Shown here piece after piece: positions 27,312 through 38,535 of a stretch of DNA of 64,000 bases. The translations under genes and the position numbers were made by a program. Each line of letters opens with the position of its first letter. Positions within the stretch are counted from its first letter, which is position 1. The stretch covers positions 1 through 64,000 of the forward strand of contig JAQGDQ010001014.1 in NCBI GenBank assembly GCA_030141605.1, read 5' to 3'. A model generated the notes under the pieces. The model searched no databases, was not told the DNA's origin, and saw nothing but the letters and a program-made list of their open reading frames with translations. This DNA comes from Tubiluchus corallicola. Taxonomy: Eukaryota; Animalia; Priapulida.

Positions 27312-27814
27312 TTAAAAGAAAACTAGTTCAGAGTAAAGAATGCTCTAAAATAGTGAAAACTACAATAACTTTTTTAAATCAAAACTTAGATTAAATAATA
27401 ATTACCTCGGATACTCAAATTTTGTTAGACTTTCAACCGCACGTTCAGTGAATCTACTAAGATTGGCAACGGCACCTTTTTGTCACATTCGCGTGGCCGA
27501 CAAATAGAAGGTGGTACCGTGATAACGATGATCGTGAACTGTAGTGTTAGTTTCTAGCGTTTATTAAGCAGTACTGTAACACTTATGCAAACGTGCTTGA
27601 CGCGCAAGGGAAGATGCCCGTCATTGCACAAACTGTGGTTAGTTTGTGACTTAAGCAATAGCTGTGTTCGGTTGCCGTTAATTAACTTTCTAGGCTAATT
27701 ATTCAAATATAAGAAACAATTGCTAACTTTTATATGCAAAAAATGCATATATATATAAATATAGTAAATTAAAATGAGATATATAATATAAACAATCATC
27801 TGGTTTTCCTTTAA
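27312..27814 (+). mobile_element. Kolobok/T2-like MITE family A
   Basis: TTAA-AAGAAAACT ... TGGTTTTCCT-TTAA. Homologous to the 14298 and 34841 copies. Mirror copy at 42390-42892. Confidence 0.8.
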
Positions 27815-28739
27815 GCATCTTTCACGTTCCATGAGCCAGAAGTTAAAAATTAAACCTTTTAGCGAACTAGTTTTCGCTTAAGTATCAAAATACCCAGTTG
27901 CCTACTTCATGTGAAAAACTACTTCAGGTGGAAAAAATTGTTATTAAGAACTAATGGGGCGAGGCTATGAAGAGCAGCAACATTAAGGCTGATCAGTGAA
28001 TGGTTAGGTGCCCTCGCCGAGTTCAGTACTCACACTGGACAGTTTCATTTGCCATATTGATACTGATACCATTTCCATCCATAACAAAGGTCATGTTCAC
28101 ATCTGAATGTGGCAAAGTTAGCTCTACCCGATTGGGCATCTCATCTCAGATCATAGCCTAGAATGTGTCGGATGACAATACTGCCACAAGCACCTTTTGA
28201 GCTGAAATCCCAGAGTGCAGTGTGACGAACTATACGTTAAACAAGCGTTTGGCATTTCATCCTTAGACTTGACAACCATTCACATCCCAGATGTACTCAA
28301 TTGTAAGTCATGGACAGGAGAAAAACGGATATACAAACAGACTAAACATTGACCTTTGACTTAACTTTATCTTGTGGCTTCTCAACCACAGGAACCATTT
28401 GTTTTTAACGCAAGTTGTGGACAAACAAACGAACGAATTCCTGAAATACAGTTATACGTGTATTATTGAAAAGCTAAAGTTTAGGTGTTACTGGCTTTTT
28501 TCTTTTTCTTCTGCTACTCTAAACATCTGTTATAGACATAGAGCCTCTATCCTTTAATAGAGCACTCCATTGTTTCCTGTATGCAGCTAAAATGTTGAGT
28601 TCCTGTGATGCTATTGTTACGTTTGGTTCAGCTGATGTAAATCTTTATTAATTGATATCCAAATTGTTTTTGGTTTTGCTTGGAGGTCATTTAGCAGGTT
28701 TCAGTGCCTCGTTTAATTAGATTTAGATTTATTTTAGAT

Positions 28740-28981
28740 AAAGGGTCCCTGTTGAAGCCACTTATTTGACGGAAAGGGCCCTGTTGAAGCCACTTATTTG
28801 ACGTAAAGGGCCCCTGTTGAAGCCACTTATTTGACGTAAAGGGCCCCTGTTGAAGCCACTTATTTGACGTAAAGGGCCCCTGTTGAAGCCACCTATTTGA
28901 CGTAAAGGGCCCCTGTTGAAGCCACTTATTTGACGTAAAGGGCCCTGTTGAAGCCACTTATTTGAGGTAAAGGCCCCCTGT
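28740..28981 (+). repeat. 33-bp minisatellite, about 7 copies
   Basis: Unit AAAGGGCCCCTGTTGAAGCCACTTATTTGACGT. Mirror copy at ~41220-41460. Confidence 0.95.
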
Positions 28982-29131
28982 TTGATTTAGATTTCGGTTA
29001 ATTTATTTACCTGTTTAGCACAATAAAAAATAAAAGTTATAAAATTACCAATTAACAACACATTGCAAGACTTTAACTATGAGCTACGCTCAACATGAAC
29101 TAAACTAATAACAACAAGACTTAGTTAATGA

Positions 29132-29167
<36 letters not shown>

Positions 29168-29558
29168 AATGCGTTAAATTTAACGAAGCAAACAGATGCG
29201 AGAAAACGATTATGACGATGTTGATGATGATGATGATAATGATGATAACGATGGTGATATTAGTGCTGATGACAATGATAATGAATTGATGCTAATGGTG
29301 ATGATGCTAATCTTACTGGTGTTGTTTTTGGCAATCTCGTTAAATGTCCTACCAACCTCAGTCTTCTGATTTTGATCTTAGTGCTCCAACATTCTTCTTT
29401 GGTACTGTTATACAGCTGCTTATGTGAAATGATATCATTTTATGGCCATTTTACTTTTTTTCTGAGTAGGCGCTTTGGTTTACTTGTTTAACAAAAAGAA
29501 GTGTTCGTGCATACTAGCGACATCTATTGACGAGAATTTGGTCTATTTATTTTTGCAG

Positions 29559-30028
29559 GTTATGGTCACATTGCACCAAGCACCAACTGGGGTCGCCTCG
29601 CCTGCATCATCTATGCCTTGGTTGGCATTCCCATGTTCCTCGTTGTGCTGGTCGACATTGGCAAGCTCTTCACGCGGGCCATCAAGTTCGTCTGGTCGTA
29701 CTTTCGCCAGTTCTACTACACCGGGACGTGTCGCAAGGCTCGACGACACTTCCACGAACAGGCGGACATTATGAAAGACAAGGCGAAACTCGGAGCGGGT
29801 TATGCTCGCGACTATGCCAAAAAAGGTGCTGACTTTGCCAAAGAATTTTCTTCCACTGCCATGGAGAAGGGTGTAATTGCGACGCGTGATTACGTGGACA
29901 AAGTGAAAAAGGTGCGAGGTAAGCTCGAAGGAGAAATTGTAAAAGAGGAAATCGAGCCCAGTCCAAAGAACCCGAAGCGAATGGCTGGAGGACAAAACCT
30001 TAAATTTGACTGGAAAATAGAAAAACGG
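29559..30028 (+). CDS. Two-pore-domain potassium channel (K2P/KCNK, TWK-like), internal exon: end of P1 filter, M2, M2-M3 loop
   Basis: Acceptor TTTTTGCAG|GT TAT GGT CAC gives (G)YGHIAPSTNWGRLACIIYALVGIPMFLVVLVDIGKLF. The intron falls inside the filter Gly codon. Donor CGG|GTGAGT at 30029 (phase 0). Confidence 0.93.
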
Positions 30029-30719
30029 GTGAGTACTGATTGCTTGTTGTTGCTGTTGCTGCTGTTGTTGTTGTTCTTCTTCTTCTTGTTGTTGTTGTCG
30101 TTGTCGTCACTGTCATTGTCGTTGTTGTTGTTCTTCTTCTTCTTCTTGTTGTTGTTGTCGTTGTCGTCACTGTCATTGTCGTTGTTGTTGCTGCTGATGC
30201 TGCTGCTGTTGTTGTTAATCCTGCTGCAGCTGCTGCTATTGTCATTGCCATTGCTATTGTTATTGCAACTTCAAACTGCCATGCCAATGACAGACGTGTC
30301 GTTCTTCTAACAACAGACGCACGACACAGTATGTCATCCAGATGACACAGAAGGTGGAAGGAACAGTAATATGTTGTTCAGAAGATACGTTATGTCTTAG
30401 GGGTGTTAGTATGCCATTCAAAAGTGACAATGCACAATTGCATATGCAAGGAAACACGTGTACTTAATTTGAGCACCACAAAAGCATCTTCGAGGTTGGC
30501 ATTTTACGGTTTCACACTTTCCGTATCGTTTTAGGCAAGCCAGAAAGTTAGAAATCCATTTCAGAGACTATTGACCGTAGTGTTTTTAAAATGTTTTCCA
30601 CGCCACGGTATGTCACCAGTGGTTTGACTTTAGTCTTGCAACGACTTTCAATGACTTCAAAGGTTTTAAGTCCATTAACATTTTTTTGCCGATTCTACAG
30701 CCATTAATTCTTTTTTCAG

Positions 30720-31667
30720 GCAGCTTTGGCCAAACTGGAAGACACCTACGATCTCGAGGAACCAGAAGTTATGCCAGAATTCGTCGTAGACGAGGAATTC
30801 AATCTTCCGGTCTCGATGGCACTGCTGCTACTCTGCGGCTACACGTTTGTCGGCGGCGTCATTTTTGCCATTGCCGAAAAGTGGACATATTTGGACGCGT
30901 TTTACTTCTGCTTCATTTCCCTGAGCACGGTCGGTTTTGGCGACATCGTTCCGCGCAACGAGGCCTTCATGATGATGGCCATTGCTTACATATTTTTTGG
31001 TCTTGCACTGACCTCAATGGTCATCAATGTGGTGATGGAGTTCTTCAGCAATAAATTCGCAGAAGCCACCGAGAGACTGAAGGAGAGATTTCGACTCAAC
31101 ATTGAGGAAGATCTGACGCCGAGTTCCGAAAACGATGAAAACAGTGCTTGGTCGCCCAACGAAAACAGCACAAACATACCGGCTGGTACCATAAAAGTAA
31201 CAATAGCACCTAGTGATTTGGCAACCGGTAAACCAAAATTACGCATTCCACAACCCGACGACGACGAGGACGAAGACGACAATGACGACAACCGCGACAC
31301 ACGCGTTGACGTCGGCAATGGCGACGGGAGCGAAGCCCGCGTCGAGGTTGACGACATCCAGGAAATGGACGATGCAGTGGCTGCTTGTCAGTCCGTGTAT
31401 AAACAGATGGATGACGCAATTTCGTCACGTGATAAGCAGACGGATGACGCAAATTCGTCACGTGATATGCAGATGGATGACGCAATTTCGTCACGTGATC
31501 GAAACCAAAAGCCCACCTCGTCTTTGCACAGTATACAGAACTGCAGTAGCAAACGAATAGTGAATGACGGCACAGAACTTTCAGTGCTTAGTAGCAATAA
31601 ATGTGATAAAAAACCTCCTGGACAGTGGATAGTGGGGCAGAAGGACAAACACGCCTCGTTTGTATAG
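30720..31667 (+). CDS. K2P channel terminal exon: M3, P2, M4 and acidic C-terminal tail
   Basis: Acceptor TTTTTTCAG|GCA in frame with the previous exon. Encodes DEEFNLPVSMALLLLCGY..EKWTYLDAFYFCFISLSTVGFGDIVP..YIFFGLALTSMVINVV, stop TAG at 31665-31667. Confidence 0.95.
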   Translation, partial: AALAKLEDTYDLEEPEVMPEFVVDEEFNLPVSMALLLLCGYTFVGGVIFAIAEKWTYLDAFYFCFISLSTVGFGDIVPRNEAFMMMAIAYIFFGLALTSMVINVVMEFFSNKFAEATERLKERFRLNIEEDLTPSSENDENSAWSPNENSTNIPAGTIKVTIAPSDLATGKPKLRIPQPDDDEDEDDNDDNRDTRVDVGNGDGSEARVEVDDIQEMDDAVAACQSVYKQMDDAISSRDKQTDDANSSRDMQMDDAISSRDRNQKPTSSLHSIQNCSSKRIVNDGTELSVLSSNKCDKKPPGQWIVGQKDKHASFV

Positions 31668-32067
31668 CAACAAATCTAGGTGTAGATATTAATTTTAGCT
31701 ACAATTCATTTACATTCTCGAAGGCCCTTTGGGGTGCTGTAAAGTCAAATCTCTTTGTACCACCCGCTTTGGGACTCCAGAAAGAGCTGGTATTATGCAT
31801 AGTGCATTAATATATACATGTCTATGAAAAACATAGACATTTTCTTTTGTCAAAATTTTGTGGGTTAAGCGAGGTTGACATTTTAAAGGGGGGAGGGTGT
31901 TATAACAAGGTTCGACTGTATTAAAGAATTCATTTTTTAAAAGTAATTGGCTCGAATATGTGATTCAAACGGGAAAACAAGTGGCTCGCAATAGCAAAAC
32001 AATTATGTGATCCGAGCCACTTGTTAGGATTAATAATTCACCCTAGTCACATAGTTAACTTGTTCGA

Positions 32068-32780
32068 GATAAGATAAGACGAGATATGATAAGATAAGAT
32101 AAGGTAAGATAAGATAAGATAAGATAAGGTAACGTAAGGTAAGATAAGATAAGATAAGATAAGATAAGATAAGATAAGATAAGATAAGATAAGATAAGAT
32201 AAGATAAGATAAGATAAGATAAGATAAGATAAGATAAGATAAGATAAGAAAAGATAAGATAAGATAAGATAAGATAAGATAAGATAAGATAAGATAAGAT
32301 AAGATAAGATAAGATAAGATAAGATAAGATAAGATAAGATAAGATAAGGTAAGATAAGATAAGATAAGATAAGGTGAGATAAGGTAAGCTAAGGTAAGGT
32401 AAGGTAAGGTAAGGCAAGGCAAGATCAGATGAGGTGAGGTGAGGTGAGGTGAGGTAGAGGTAAGGTAAGATAAGATAAGAAAAGGTAAGGAAAGGAAAGG
32501 AAAGGAAAGGTAAGGTAAGGTAAGCTAAGGTAAGGTAAGCCAAGACAAGACAAGACAAGACAAGACAAGACAAGACAAGACAAGACAAGACAAGACAAGA
32601 CAAGGCAAGGCAAGGTAAGGTAAAGTAAGGTAAGATATGGTAAGGTAAAGGTAAGATAAGATAAAACCAGGTAAGGTAAGGTAAAGTAAGCAAAGGAAAG
32701 ATAAGATAAGAGAAGGTAAAGTAAGGTAAAATAAAGTACGATAAGATAAGGTAAGGAACAGCTAAGATAAGATAGAACAT
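32068..32780. repeat. (AGATA)/(AGGTA)/(AGACA) pentanucleotide array
   Basis: Directly visible. About 48 bp longer than the mirror copy at 37471-38140 (coordinate sum shifts from 70203 to 70251). Confidence 0.95.
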
Positions 32781-33737
32781 ATTTGTTTATCTACTGCAAG
32801 CTTAACAGTAGACAGAAACATTCAGACATTTTTAAAATTTAGTAAAATAAAAAAAATGTTGTAGTTTAGAAGATAATACATTTACAATGGATAAAGCGTA
32901 AACTTATGAACTCTCACTTGGCTTCAACAGGTTTTCTTGTGTAACCCTTCTGCTTTATAATAGAGAACGTGATAATATTATTATAAATTTTTAATGAGTC
33001 GTCGAGGCACATAATTACAAGTTACGTTACTTAAGTGCATATGAAACGTGCCAATTACGTCACAAGAGCGTACTTCATGATCGTGTTATTAAAACGGCCA
33101 GTTGTTCTTATAGGTAAAACAACGACGCGGTTATTGTTGCCAATATTATGCTTAAAAACCACGTTGAGTTTGTCTATTAACTTTATTTGTTAGGCGTTGA
33201 TAGTTTGATAAATGCCGCGCATGCGCAGGGAGATTTGCTAACTGCATATCGAAAAATACTCCGTCGTTCATCGAATGCAGTTTTTGTGATAGAAAATGAC
33301 GCCCGTTGTTGACACCGTACTTTGCGCGAATCTCGAAAAATCTCTCTGCGCAGGCGCGAAATTTAAATCTATGGATAAACCTCATTTCTTATGCCTAGTC
33401 ATAGATGTCGTTCGTGCAGTTATTGTTCATTCTAGCACGTAGGATTATGATGTCAATTAAATCGTTCTTTGTAAAAGTAATTGTAACCATATGTGTCAAT
33501 TTATACGTATGAGTTAAAATAACAAGTACTGGTAGCAACAGTAGTAAAATTCTTTTTTAGCCTTTAGAAACTTTTGAACACAATAATTCAAGCATTAAAT
33601 AAAGACAATCAGTGTTGGTTCCGTGGTACAACATGCGCGGCTCCTAGACAAATGTGTTTAGTGCAATCTGGCTTATAAATGCAACAAAAATTCGAGGCAA
33701 TAAATGGGTAGTGCACTGGAGTGAAATTACGCTACAG

Positions 33738-33742
33738 TCTCT

Positions 33743-33802
<60 letters not shown>

Positions 33803-33845
33803 CTCTTTCTCTCTTTCTCTCTCCCTCTTTCTCTCTCATTTGCTT

Positions 33846-33903
<58 letters not shown>

Positions 33904-33909
33904 CTCTCT

Positions 33910-33982
<73 letters not shown>

Positions 33983-34190
33983 TCTCTCTCCGTCTTTCTC
34001 TCTCTCTCTCTTTCTTTCTTCTCTCCGCTCATTCTCTTTGTCTCTCTGTCTTTCACTTACCCACTTTCACTCCTTTTTTCATCTCTCTCTCTCTTGCTCT
34101 CTCTCTCTCTTTCTCTCTCCTTTTTTCATCTCTCTCCCTCTTTCTCTCTCTCTCTTTCTCCATCTTTCTCTCTCTCTCCTCTCTCTCTCT
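33738..34190. repeat. (CT)n-rich tract forming the inner end of the left arm
   Basis: Directly visible. Mirrored by the (GA)n tract at ~36080-36512. Confidence 0.93.
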
Positions 34191-34645
34191 TTCTGTGACT
34201 TTTCCCCTGTAACTCTTTTATCTGTGACTTTTCCCCTGTAACTCTTTTATCTGTGATTTTTTCTGTGACTTTTCCCCTGTAACTGTTTTTTTATCTGTGA
34301 CTTTTCCCCTGTAACTGTTTTATCTGTGATTTTTTTCTGTGACTTTTCCCCTGTAACTGTTTTATCTGTGATTTTTTTCTGTGACTTTTCCCCTGTAACT
34401 GTTTTATCTGTGACCTTTCCCCTGTAACTGTTTTATCTGTGACCTTTCCCCTGTAACTGTTTTATCTGTGACCTTTCCCCTGTAACTGTTTTATCTATGA
34501 TTTTTTCCTGTGACCTTTTTTCCCTGCAACTTTTTCCTTGTGACTTGTTTTTCCTGCGTCTTTTTCCTTGACACTTTTTTCTGTGCCGTTTGTCCTGTGA
34601 CTTTTTTCATGCCGTTTTTCCCTGTGACGTTTTTACCTGGATTCT
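34191..34645. repeat. ~29-bp minisatellite decaying rightwards
   Basis: Unit TCTGTGACYTTTCCCCTGTAACTGTTTTA, degenerating into shorter CCTGTGAC(T)n units. Possibly the subterminal array of a DNA transposon. Confidence 0.85.
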
Positions 34646-34840
34646 TAGTGTCTGTCTGGATGGTTTTCATTGTGGAAATGTAACCATAGTGTGAGTAGGT
34701 AGGCTCATTGCTTTGATCGTCTAACAACCCAGAAACATTGTGGAGATGTTTAGTGGATTGTTCAGTATACAGTTTAATGCGTTTAAACGACAAAGCCTGA
34801 TTTCCTTGACAGTGGCGCAGGATCGGAATCTAGCTAGTTG

Positions 34841-35371
34841 TTAAAGGAAAACCTGACGATTGTTTAGACACAATCTCTTTTTGATTTACTGTCCAAAAAT
34901 GTATTTTCTTGCCCATAAAAGTTAACAGTTGTTTCTTATATTTGAATAATTAGCTTAGAAAGTTAATTAACGGCAATTGAGCACAGCTATTGCTTACGTC
35001 ACAAACTAACCACAGTTTGTGCAATGGCAGGTATCTTCCCTTGCACGTCAAGAACGTTTGTGTAAGTGTTACTGCTTAAAAGCGTGATGTAACGAAATGC
35101 TCTATGACAAATGACGTCTGAAACTAACACTGCAGTTCATGATCATGGTTATCACGGTACCACCTTCTACTTGTTGGTCATGCGCCGGTGACAAAAAGGC
35201 CAATCTTCACTGAGCCGCGCGTAACTTTGAAAGCTTAACTTAATTTGAGTACCCGATTTTATTATTATTTAATCAAAGCTTTGATTTAAAAAAAGCCATT
35301 GTAGTTTTCAATATTTTAGAGCATTCTTTATTCTGAATTAATGTTTACACAATCATCCGGTTTTCCTTTAA
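34841..35371 (-). mobile_element. Family A MITE with long TIRs on both ends, at the palindrome centre
   Basis: Left TTAAAGGAAAACCTGACGATTGTTTAGACA versus reverse-complemented right TTAAAGGAAAACCGGATGATTGTGTAAACA (30 bp, 4 mismatches), with TTAA TSD. Confidence 0.88.
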
Positions 35372-35491
35372 CAACGATCCATTAAGACGAGATACATGAG
35401 ATTTTTGAATGGCCGAGTTATGGCAGATGAAGCCGCCCAGTAGTTTCATCCAATCTTATGCTATGTAAAACCACCCCAAAGTGATTTTATT

Positions 35492-35537
35492 GTCGTGCAC
35501 CCATTCTTTTACTAACCAGGTCTAGTGCTGCTTAGCT
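35492..35537 (-). mobile_element. 5S rRNA-derived fragment (SINE3-like or 5S pseudogene)
   Basis: Minus strand AGCTAAGCAGCACTAGACCTGGTTAGTAAAAGAATGGGTGCACGAC resembles the 5S box A / intermediate element / box C region. Confidence 0.45.
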
Positions 35538-35938
35538 AACTTTGGTCTCCAAGCTCATGCCATGGCCACTAAAATGATCGTAATGGTATCGAGGTGGAAC
35601 CCCACCCCCGCTGCAAATGCTTGCGAGTATTCGAAAATAGATGTGGCCAAAAGTAACTACCTATTCACATTAAAATAGTGTAATAAATATTCAAAGACAA
35701 AAGCAAAATTATACGGTGGAAATGAAGAGAAATTGAGTGAAAAGAAAGAGAAAAATAAGACAACGAAAGAAGCATAAGAAAACGATAGAAAGAGAGAAAG
35801 AAAAAGAGAGAGGTAGATAGAGAGAGAGAGAGAGAGATGACAAAAAGGAGTGAATGTGGGTAAGTGAAAGACAGAGAGAGTGAGAGGGGAGCTAAGAAAG
35901 AAAGAGAAAGTGAAAGAAAAAGACTGAGAGAGAGAGAG

Positions 35939-35984
<46 letters not shown>

Positions 35985-36281
35985 AAAAAGGAGTGAAAGT
36001 GGGTAAGTGAAAGACAGAGAGAGACTAAGAAAGAAAGAGAATGAGCAGAGAGAAGAAAGGAGAGAGAAACAGAGAGAGAGAGAGCGAGAGAGAGAGAGAA
36101 AGATGGAGAAAGAGAGAGAAAGAGGGAGAGAGATGAAAAAAGGAGAGAGAAAGAGAGAGAGAGAGCGCGAGAGAGAGAGAGATGAAAAAAGGAGTGAAAG
36201 TGGGTAAGTGAAAGACAGAGAGACAAAGAGAATGAGCGGAGAGAAGAAAGAAAGAGAGAGAGAGAGAAAGACGGAGAGAGA

Positions 36282-36433
<152 letters not shown>

Positions 36434-36436
36434 TGG

Positions 36437-36501
<65 letters not shown>

Positions 36502-38535
36502 AGAAGAGAGAGACTGTAGCGTAATTTCACTCCAGTGCACTACCCATTTATTGCCTCGAATTTTTGTTGCATTTATAAGCCAGATTGCACTAAACACATT
36601 TGTCTAGGAGCCGCGCATGTTGTACCACGGAACCAACACTGATTGTCTTTATTTAATGCTTGAATTATTGTGTTCAAAAGTTTCTAAAGGCTAAAAAAGA
36701 ATTTTACTACTGTTGCTACCAGTACTTGTTATTTTAACTCATACGTATAAATTGACACATATGGTTACAATTACTTTTACAAAGAACGATTTAATTGACA
36801 TCATAATCCTACGTGCTAGAATGAACAATAACTGCACGAACGACATCTATGACTAGGCATAAGAAATGAGGTTTATCCATAGATTTAAATTTCGCGCCTG
36901 CGCAGAGAGATTTTTCGAGATTCGCGCAAAGTACGGTGTCAACAACGGGCGTCATTTTCTATCACAAAAACTGCATTCGATGAACGACGGAGTATTTTTC
37001 GATATGCAGTTAGCAAATCTCCCTGCGCATGCGCGGCATTTATCAAACTATCAACGCCTAACAAATAAAGTTAATAGACAAACTCAACGTGGTTTTTAAG
37101 CATAATATTGGCAACAATAACCGCGTCGTTGTTTTACCTATAAGAACAACTGGCCGTTTTAATAACACGATCATGAAGTACGCTCTTGTGACGTAATTGG
37201 CACGTTTCATATGCACTTAAGTAACGTAACTTGTAATTATGTGCCTCGACGACTCATTAAAAATTTATAATAATATTATCACGTTCTCTATTATAAAGCA
37301 GAAGGGTTACACAAGAAAACCTGTTGAAGCCAAGTGAGAGTTCATAAGTTTACGCTTTATCCATTGTAAATGTATTATCTTCTAAACTACAACATTTTTT
37401 TTATTTTACTAAATTTTAAAAATGTCTGAATGTTTCTGTCTACTGTTAAGCTTGCAGTAGATAAACAAATATGTTCTATCTTATCTTAGCTGTTCCTTAC
37501 CTTATCTTATCGTACTTTATTTTACCTTACTTTACCTTCTCTTATCTTATCTTTCCTTTGCTTACTTTACCTTACCTTACCTGGTTTTATCTTATCTTAC
37601 CTTTACCTTACCATATCTTACCTTACTTTACCTTACCTTGCCTTGCCTTGTCTTGTCTTGTCTTGTCTTGTCTTGTCTTGTCTTGTCTTGTCTTACCTTA
37701 CCTTACCTTACCTTTCCTTTCCTTTTCTTATCTTATCTTACCTTACCTCTCTCACCTCACCTCACCTCACCTCATCTGATCTTGCCTTGCCTTACCTTAC
37801 CTTACCTTACCTTAGCTTACCTTATCTTACCTTCTTATCTTATCTTATCTTATCTTATCTTATCTTATCTTATCTTATCTTATCTTATCTTATCTTATCT
37901 TATCTTATCTTATCTTATCTTATCTTATCTTATCTTATCTTATCTTATCTTTTCTTATCTTATCTTATCTTATCTTATCTTATCTTATCTTATCTTATCT
38001 TATCTTATCTTATCTTATCTTATCTTATCTTATCTTATCTTATCTTATCTTATCTTATCTTACCTTACGTTACCTTATCTTATCTTATCTTATCTTACCT
38101 TATCTTATCTTATCATATCTCGTCTTATCTTATCTCGAACAAGTTAACTATGTGACTTGGGTGACTTATTAATCCTAACAAATGGCTCGGATCACATAAT
38201 TGTTTTGCTATTGCGAGCCACTTGTTTTCCCGTTTGAATCACGTATTCGAGCCAATTACTTTTAAAAAATGAATTCTTTAATACAGTCGAACCTTGTTAT
38301 AACACCCTCCCCCCCTTTAAAATGTCAACCTCGCTTAACCCACAAAATTTTGACAAACGAAAATGTCTATGTTTTTCATAGACATGTATATATTAATGCA
38401 CTATGCTGAATACCAGCTCTTTCTGGAGTCCCAAAGCGGGTGGTACAAAGAGATTTGACTTTACAGCACCCCAAAGGGCCTTCGAGAATGTAAATGAATT
38501 GTAGCTAAAATTAATATCTACACCTAGATTTGTTG

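Larger units (their letters stand above)
34191..36080. other. Non-palindromic spacer (~1.9 kb) of the giant inverted repeat
   Basis: Arm-to-arm match ends inside the CT/GA tracts. The intervening sequence is contiguous, has no N gap, and has no mirror copy. Boundaries are approximate. Confidence 0.85.

Noticed and set aside
30029-30310. Poly-Leu continuation of the 230-aa K2P ORF as an extra TM segment
   Set aside because: It follows a strong GTGAGT donor and is an intronic (TTG)n repeat. Splicing to 30720 restores the K2P frame.
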